A DNA stretch of 64,000 bases from the NCBI GenBank assembly GCA_046294625.1, contig JBKBKN010000004.1, forward strand, positions 69,982-133,981. Direction: 5' to 3'. How positions within the stretch are numbered: the first letter of the stretch is position 1; each line of letters starts with the position of its first letter. Below the pieces are notes generated by a model. The model ran no database searches. It was not told the DNA's origin and saw only the letters and a list, made by a program, of their open reading frames with translations. The stretch is from Flavobacteriales bacterium (GTDB lineage: Bacteria > Bacteroidota > Bacteroidia > M30B66). Of this stretch, positions 58,843 to 64,000 are shown piece after piece. The translations under genes were made by a program, and so were the position numbers.

Positions 58843-59445
58843 AAGGTTAAAATTATGTTTTGGATTGGTTAAGTATTTGGTTACATTATCAAATACTTTG
58901 AAGTTCGGCATCAATGCGTTGCTCTGATAAGTAGATTGTGGCGAGCAATCATAGAGTATCGAATTTGATCGGGTTTTCAAGTAATTTTTTGTCATAGTTA
59001 ACGGTAAAATTTCAAGTTCCTTCAACGTGTCTGATAAAATTTAGTTATATGTTTTTTATTTTTATTTTGCGATATTATTTATTTCAATATCCTTCGATAT
59101 AATTCATTACATGCTTCATCATCAATTTCGAAATTTATATGCCATCTTATTAACAATCACTGCAAGTAAAGCAAAATAACCTGCTTTTCTTTATCAATAA
59201 AGCAAAAAAACATTTGTTAAATCCTAAATCGAAAGTCATTTTGTTGAAATCACCTTTTTATTTTGCAACAAAATTAATCAAAATCTTACATCAAAAAACA
59301 ATAAATTTTTGTTTTAACAATAAATTATTGTGGGGCCGAACCGGGTAGTCAATGTTATCATATGTTCACCCGACTGTTCTGAAATTCAATGATGAGCCCT
59401 GAAAACTTTCTAAAACTATACATTATTTAGTGTGTTGATTGTGAT

Positions 59446-59895
59446 ATGATGGTTACACATTTTAATATCAGGGTATATGGTTTGTTGATGAATGATCAAG
59501 ATCAAGTGCTTGTGTCTGATGAATTTTGCTCAGGACAATATATGACCAAATTTCCCGGTGGGGGATTGGAGTTTGGTGAAGGCCTGATTGATGGACTGAA
59601 GAGGGAATTTCAGGAAGAACTGAATATTGATATCTTCAACATCCAACATTTTTATACCACAGATTTCTTCCAAGTTTCTGCCTTTAAGCCAAGCGGTCAA
59701 TTGATTAGTGTTTACTACACTGTTCGAACATTTGATTCGGCCATGATCAATAATGTTAGCTTTCCGTTTGAAACATTAGCGCGCGTGGAAAATTCACAAG
59801 TATTCAGATGGATAAATTTGCAAGACCTCAACCCAGAAGATATGACATGGCCAGTCGATCGGCATGTAGTTAAATTGCTCAAGCAAAGAAAATAA
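59446..59895 (+). CDS. NUDIX hydrolase
   Basis: Nudix box GGGLEFGEGLIDGLKREFQEELNI. Confidence 0.88.
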   Translation: MMVTHFNIRVYGLLMNDQDQVLVSDEFCSGQYMTKFPGGGLEFGEGLIDGLKREFQEELNIDIFNIQHFYTTDFFQVSAFKPSGQLISVYYTVRTFDSAMINNVSFPFETLARVENSQVFRWINLQDLNPEDMTWPVDRHVVKLLKQRK

Positions 59896-59925
59896 TGGAG
59901 ACAGCCAAAGGCGGTATTTAAAAAA

Positions 59926-60432
59926 TTAGAGTTTGAGTTTTTTCTTTACCAAATTGAGTACATTGTCGCTTTCTTCCCAATATAGTACTGCACCCACAGA
60001 TGTATCAAAAATATATGTATATCCATTTTCTTTAGCTACTTCTTCAATAGCTTTTTTTGCTTTGGTTAATATGGGTTCAATTAGTTCTTGTTCCTTTTGC
60101 TCCAATGAGTTTTGTGCATCTTGCTGGAAGTTACGAATGCGTGTTTCCAAGCTTTTGATTTCTTCCAATTTGTCTTTCTTCAAGATATCGGACATGTTTG
60201 GAGAATCGCGTTCAAACTTTTCATACTTTCCTTGATACTCCGACATTAACTCACGCATTTGTTTTTCAATTTCCTTCGCAAAAGTGTCAATTTTAGCTGC
60301 GGCTGCGGCTCTTTCCGGCATAAGACTGAGCAATTCATTGGAGTTGATATGACCAAATTTATTGGTCTTTTGAGCATTTACAAGCCCTGATGTTAGAAAT
60401 AAAAGCGAAGCAATTGCAATTAGTTTTCTCAT
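59926..60432 (-). CDS. OmpH/Skp family periplasmic chaperone
   Basis: 168 aa with a signal peptide and a coiled-coil-rich K/E/Q composition. Downstream of bamA. Confidence 0.85.
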   Translation of the reverse strand: MRKLIAIASLLFLTSGLVNAQKTNKFGHINSNELLSLMPERAAAAAKIDTFAKEIEKQMRELMSEYQGKYEKFERDSPNMSDILKKDKLEEIKSLETRIRNFQQDAQNSLEQKEQELIEPILTKAKKAIEEVAKENGYTYIFDTSVGAVLYWEESDNVLNLVKKKLKL

Positions 60433-60460
60433 TGTTGTTTGAAATATTTATTTGATTTGA

Positions 60461-61039
60461 TTATTTTCCTTTAAAAACCGGTGCATCTCCCCCTTTGTCG
60501 TCGTCGGTATTTTTGCTGCGTTTACCCGGAGTGAAGCCCATACTATCTAATACATCATCGCTGATATCGTACTTTGGATTGGTGTACATCATCGTAAGGT
60601 CGCTCGACTTGTCGAATATTACTGCATAATTTTTGGCGGTAGCAATGTCTTTAATTGCATTGTAAACCTTATCTTGTATTGGCTTGATCAGTTCTTGACG
60701 CTTTTTAAGTAAATCACCACCTTTGCCAAATCTTTGCTTTTGTAATTCTTTGGCAGCTTTTTCTTTGTCGATGATCTCTTCTTCTCGCTTTCGCTTCATC
60801 TCATCTGTCAATAAAATAGCTTCGGCCTGAAAATCGCGATACATCTTGTCTATTTCAGCAAATTTAGCTTCAATTTCTTTTTGCCATTGCAGCGAAATAC
60901 GATCGAGCTGCTGCTGAGCAGATTTATACTCCGGAAGGTTATCGAGGATATATTGCGAATCAACATAGGCAAATTTTTGTGCCGTAAGTGCAGTAGTTCC
61001 GAACACTGCGGTTAATAAGACAAAGAGTATACGCTTCAT
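60461..61039 (-). CDS. OmpH/Skp family periplasmic chaperone (second copy)
   Basis: Start set at MKRILFVLLTAVFGTTALTAQ (ATG 61039). FAYVDSQYILDNLPEYKSAQQQLD is a typical Skp N-terminus. Confidence 0.85.
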   Translation of the reverse strand: MKRILFVLLTAVFGTTALTAQKFAYVDSQYILDNLPEYKSAQQQLDRISLQWQKEIEAKFAEIDKMYRDFQAEAILLTDEMKRKREEEIIDKEKAAKELQKQRFGKGGDLLKKRQELIKPIQDKVYNAIKDIATAKNYAVIFDKSSDLTMMYTNPKYDISDDVLDSMGFTPGKRSKNTDDDKGGDAPVFKGK

Positions 61040-61117
61040 AACTGATAAATTTTGGTTTGCAAAATAAGTTCTTTTCAAATGCTTAAACAAACATCGTGCT
61101 AAATTGAAAATTTAAGA

Positions 61118-63610
61118 TCAGTTAAAACTTTGTCCGATGATAAAATGAAACTGACTACGCCGCATATTCAAGTCCTGCGGTCTTCGTGTCACATCATCGA
61201 ATCGATAGCCCCAGTCAAGCCCCAACAAGCCGAACATTGGCAGAAATACCCTTACGCCAAAGCCGGCAGATCGTTTAATATTAAAAGGATTGAAATCTTT
61301 GAATCGATCCCAAGCATCGCCACCTTCGAGAAATGCTAAACCAAATACTGTTGCTGAAGGATTCAATGAAACCGGATAACGTAATTCTAAGGTGTATCTA
61401 TTATAGATAGGTGAATTTACCGCAGCAGACAGCGAATTGTCGTCATAGCCGCGAAGTCCGATTATTTCTGTTCCTAAAAACTGTGCTGCAAAGTTAAAAC
61501 CTGTCAAGCCGGCTCCTCCAAGCGAGAATCGCTCGAATGGAGAAACACCTTTGGCAGGATTATAGAATCCAATGAATCCGAAATTAGCACGAGCCATTAA
61601 CACCAAGTTGCCGGCAAGCTTGTTAAACCATTGTGCATCAAACTTCCACTTGTGAAATTCTGTCCATCGAAACTTTTCATCATCTGTCAACACCGCATCT
61701 TCAGGCAGGTTTCTAAACACTGAATAAGGTGGAGTGAGCTGCAATGACACTGATATGTTCGAGCCGGAACGCGGATAAATCGGAGCATCAATCGAGTTGC
61801 GCGATAAGGTGGTACGGAAACTCAGGTTGTTCGATCTTCCATTATTAATAATGAACTGAGGAGAATTTTGAAGCACAAAATACTGATAACTCAATTCGTT
61901 TTGCAAAACAAAAAAGTCATCAGGCCACTTCAATCTACGACCCAAGCCAAGGGTGACACCGGTGTTGTCTGTAACTGCTCTGTTGGGGTCGTTTCGTGGC
62001 AAGCCGTTGGAGTTGATTATGGTTTTGAAAACCGAAACGGAAAGTGAGTTTGGTTTTTTACCCCCTAGCCAAGGCTCTGTAAATGATGCATTGTATGCCT
62101 GAAGGAATCGTCCGTTGGACTGTGCGCGAAGCGACAAACGCTGTCCATCGCCGGAAGGTAAAGGTGACCATGCACCACGTTTGAAAAACTTTTTGGCCGA
62201 AAAATTATTAAATGCAATACCCAATGTACCAATAATGCGTCCGGCTCCCCAGCCGCCGCTAAGTTCAATCTGGTCAGAGGGTCTTTCTTCTACTGTATAT
62301 TCAATATCTACTGTTCCATCTGCCGGATTAGGCACTGGGTTTACGCCCATTTTCTCCTGATCGAAATAGCCCAACTGCATCAATTCTCTTTGTGTACGGA
62401 TAATATCTGAACGACGGAATAGCTGCCCCGGACGAGTGCGCATCTCGCGAAGAATCACGTGATCGTTGGTTTTTTCATTTCCACGAACCGAAACAGAATT
62501 TATCGTAGCCTGCTTGCCTTCGTAAATCCTCATTTCGATGTCCACCGAATCGTTTTCTACAAAAATCTCAACCGGGGTAACTTGAAAAAATAAATGTCCA
62601 TCATTCATATATAATGATGAAACGTCTTGTTCGTTAGGATTCATAAACAGATTCTGCTCGAGGTTGGTCTGATTATAAATATCGCCCTTTTTAATTCCAA
62701 GCACTGCCGAAAGTTGTTCGGATGTGTATTTGCTATTGCCTATCCACGTAATGTTTCTGAAAAAATACTGATTGCCTTCATTTACAAAGATTTCAATATT
62801 CAAGGTTTTATCGTTGAAACGATACATGGTATCCCTTACGATATTGGCATCCTTATACCCTTTAGAGAGGTATTGAGCTAAAACTTTTTTCTTGTCTTCC
62901 TCATAATTCTCTTCCATGAACTTCGATGTAGTGAAAATGCTCCACCATGGATTCTCTTTGGTGCCTTTCATCTTTCGTTTCAATTTGCCGGAACTCATAT
63001 TATTGTTTCCATGAAAGATGATTTCATTGATTTTAACTCGTCTGTTTTTATCAATCATGATACGCATCACCACTCCTTTGGTGAGCGAATCTTCAGCAGT
63101 TGATATTTTAACGATAGGATCGAGGTATCCTTTATCGATATAATAATCTCTCACTGTTTGTTTTGTATTGACAATAAGGTTTTCATTGACCGGCTTTCCT
63201 CTGATCAGCTGAATTTTTTCTCTCAAATTATCAGCATCGCTTTTGTTTACGCCTACTATAGAAAACTTGGACAACCTTGGACGCTCCTGCAAATCGAAAA
63301 GCAGAAATACTCTATTCCCTTCAATTCTTGAAGCCGCCACAGAAATATCGGCAAATAGGCCTTGTTTCCAAAGTGCATGAATGGATTTTGAGATTCTTTC
63401 GCCCGGGATCTGTATTTTCTCCCCTACGGAAAGTCCTGTGAGCATGCGCAATACAGATTGATCCAAATTTTCGGCTCCCTGAAGCTCGATGGAAGCTATT
63501 TCATACTCCTTGGGATTGTTGTAATCAATGTCAATATCACCAAGTGTTATTTGTGCACTTGCTTTAAAAAATGTCAATAAAGCTAAAAGTAGGGTAAACC
63601 TGATCATCAT
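61118..63610 (-). CDS. bamA: Outer membrane protein assembly factor BamA
   Basis: 830 aa. POTRA repeats at the N-terminus. C-terminal beta-barrel ending ...FHFIIGQSFN. 4-nt overlap with uppS. Confidence 0.95.
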   Translation of the reverse strand: MMIRFTLLLALLTFFKASAQITLGDIDIDYNNPKEYEIASIELQGAENLDQSVLRMLTGLSVGEKIQIPGERISKSIHALWKQGLFADISVAASRIEGNRVFLLFDLQERPRLSKFSIVGVNKSDADNLREKIQLIRGKPVNENLIVNTKQTVRDYYIDKGYLDPIVKISTAEDSLTKGVVMRIMIDKNRRVKINEIIFHGNNNMSSGKLKRKMKGTKENPWWSIFTTSKFMEENYEEDKKKVLAQYLSKGYKDANIVRDTMYRFNDKTLNIEIFVNEGNQYFFRNITWIGNSKYTSEQLSAVLGIKKGDIYNQTNLEQNLFMNPNEQDVSSLYMNDGHLFFQVTPVEIFVENDSVDIEMRIYEGKQATINSVSVRGNEKTNDHVILREMRTRPGQLFRRSDIIRTQRELMQLGYFDQEKMGVNPVPNPADGTVDIEYTVEERPSDQIELSGGWGAGRIIGTLGIAFNNFSAKKFFKRGAWSPLPSGDGQRLSLRAQSNGRFLQAYNASFTEPWLGGKKPNSLSVSVFKTIINSNGLPRNDPNRAVTDNTGVTLGLGRRLKWPDDFFVLQNELSYQYFVLQNSPQFIINNGRSNNLSFRTTLSRNSIDAPIYPRSGSNISVSLQLTPPYSVFRNLPEDAVLTDDEKFRWTEFHKWKFDAQWFNKLAGNLVLMARANFGFIGFYNPAKGVSPFERFSLGGAGLTGFNFAAQFLGTEIIGLRGYDDNSLSAAVNSPIYNRYTLELRYPVSLNPSATVFGLAFLEGGDAWDRFKDFNPFNIKRSAGFGVRVFLPMFGLLGLDWGYRFDDVTRRPQDLNMRRSQFHFIIGQSFN

Positions 63611-64000
63611 TCTTCTTCTTCTGCTAATTGTTCGCTGATTTTCCCAAATCTGCGTTCTCGTTTCTGATAACTGATGATGGCTTCATATAAATCTTCCTTT
63701 CTGAATTCCGGCCACAGCTTGTCTGTAAAATAAAGTTCGGCGTAAGCTATTTGCCACAGAAGAAAATTGCTGATCCGAAATTCTCCGCTGGTTCTCACTA
63801 AGAGTTCCGGATCAGGAAAGTTGCTGGTAGTAAGATGTTTTGCGAACAAGGATTCGTCTATGTCTTCAATATTTAGTTTGCCTGTTTTAACTTCTCCAGC
63901 TATTGCTTTCACTGCGTTTACAATTTCCCATTTAGAACTGTAGCTTAACGCAAGAATCAGTGTCATTCGTGTGCCTGATGATGTTTTTTTTATCGCTTGC
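63607..64000 (-). CDS. uppS: Isoprenyl transferase (undecaprenyl diphosphate synthase), C-terminal part; 5' end lies outside the window
   Basis: LILALSYSSKWEIVNA...LLVRTSGEFRISNFLLWQIAYAELYFTDKLWPEF. The frame stays open to the window edge. Confidence 0.9.
   Translation of the reverse strand, partial: QAIKKTSSGTRMTLILALSYSSKWEIVNAVKAIAGEVKTGKLNIEDIDESLFAKHLTTSNFPDPELLVRTSGEFRISNFLLWQIAYAELYFTDKLWPEFRKEDLYEAIISYQKRERRFGKISEQLAEEEE

Noticed and set aside
58843-59025. 61-aa N-terminal extension of the giant ORF (MKELEILPLTMTKNYLK...).
   Set aside because: It has no signal-peptide character and lies in AT-rich, intergenic-looking sequence. A canonical signal peptide starts at the internal ATG 58842.

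Overview
Chromosomal window from a Bacteroidota genome, probably Flavobacteriia- or Cytophagia-like. The lineage call rests on type IX secretion (T9SS) C-terminal sorting domains, a PorP/SprF gene, SprB repeats and TAnnTTTG -7 promoter boxes. About two thirds is conserved housekeeping: the end of the dcw cluster (ftsA, ftsZ, yqeY-like); rny, zapA and a coiled-coil gene; an M23 peptidase; SRP (4.5S-type) RNA; a GT2 plus GT39/ArnT-like pair; proline dehydrogenase; aroB-aroA; a PUR-like DUF3276 protein; xerD; comEC; crtI; a Nudix hydrolase; and skp-skp-bamA-uppS. A seven-gene, translationally coupled Wzx/Wzy polysaccharide operon (5630-14707, minus strand) abuts rny. The accessory content is mostly T9SS cargo: a 933-aa protein, a 2521-aa SprB-repeat adhesin with a type-B CTD plus its PorP/SprF and OmpA partners, an M43 metalloprotease, and a roughly 3740-aa giant repeat protein. 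The most unusual locus is 43520-47340. There, a T9SS-cargo gene appears split by about 2.3 kb carrying a type II restriction-modification pair (PD-(D/E)XK endonuclease plus an HTH-fused cytosine-5 methyltransferase). The host gene also carries extra stops and frameshifts, so it is a pseudogene. No CRISPR array, tRNA, rRNA, transposase or phage genes were seen. All calls come from reading the sequence and ORF translations, with no database searches.
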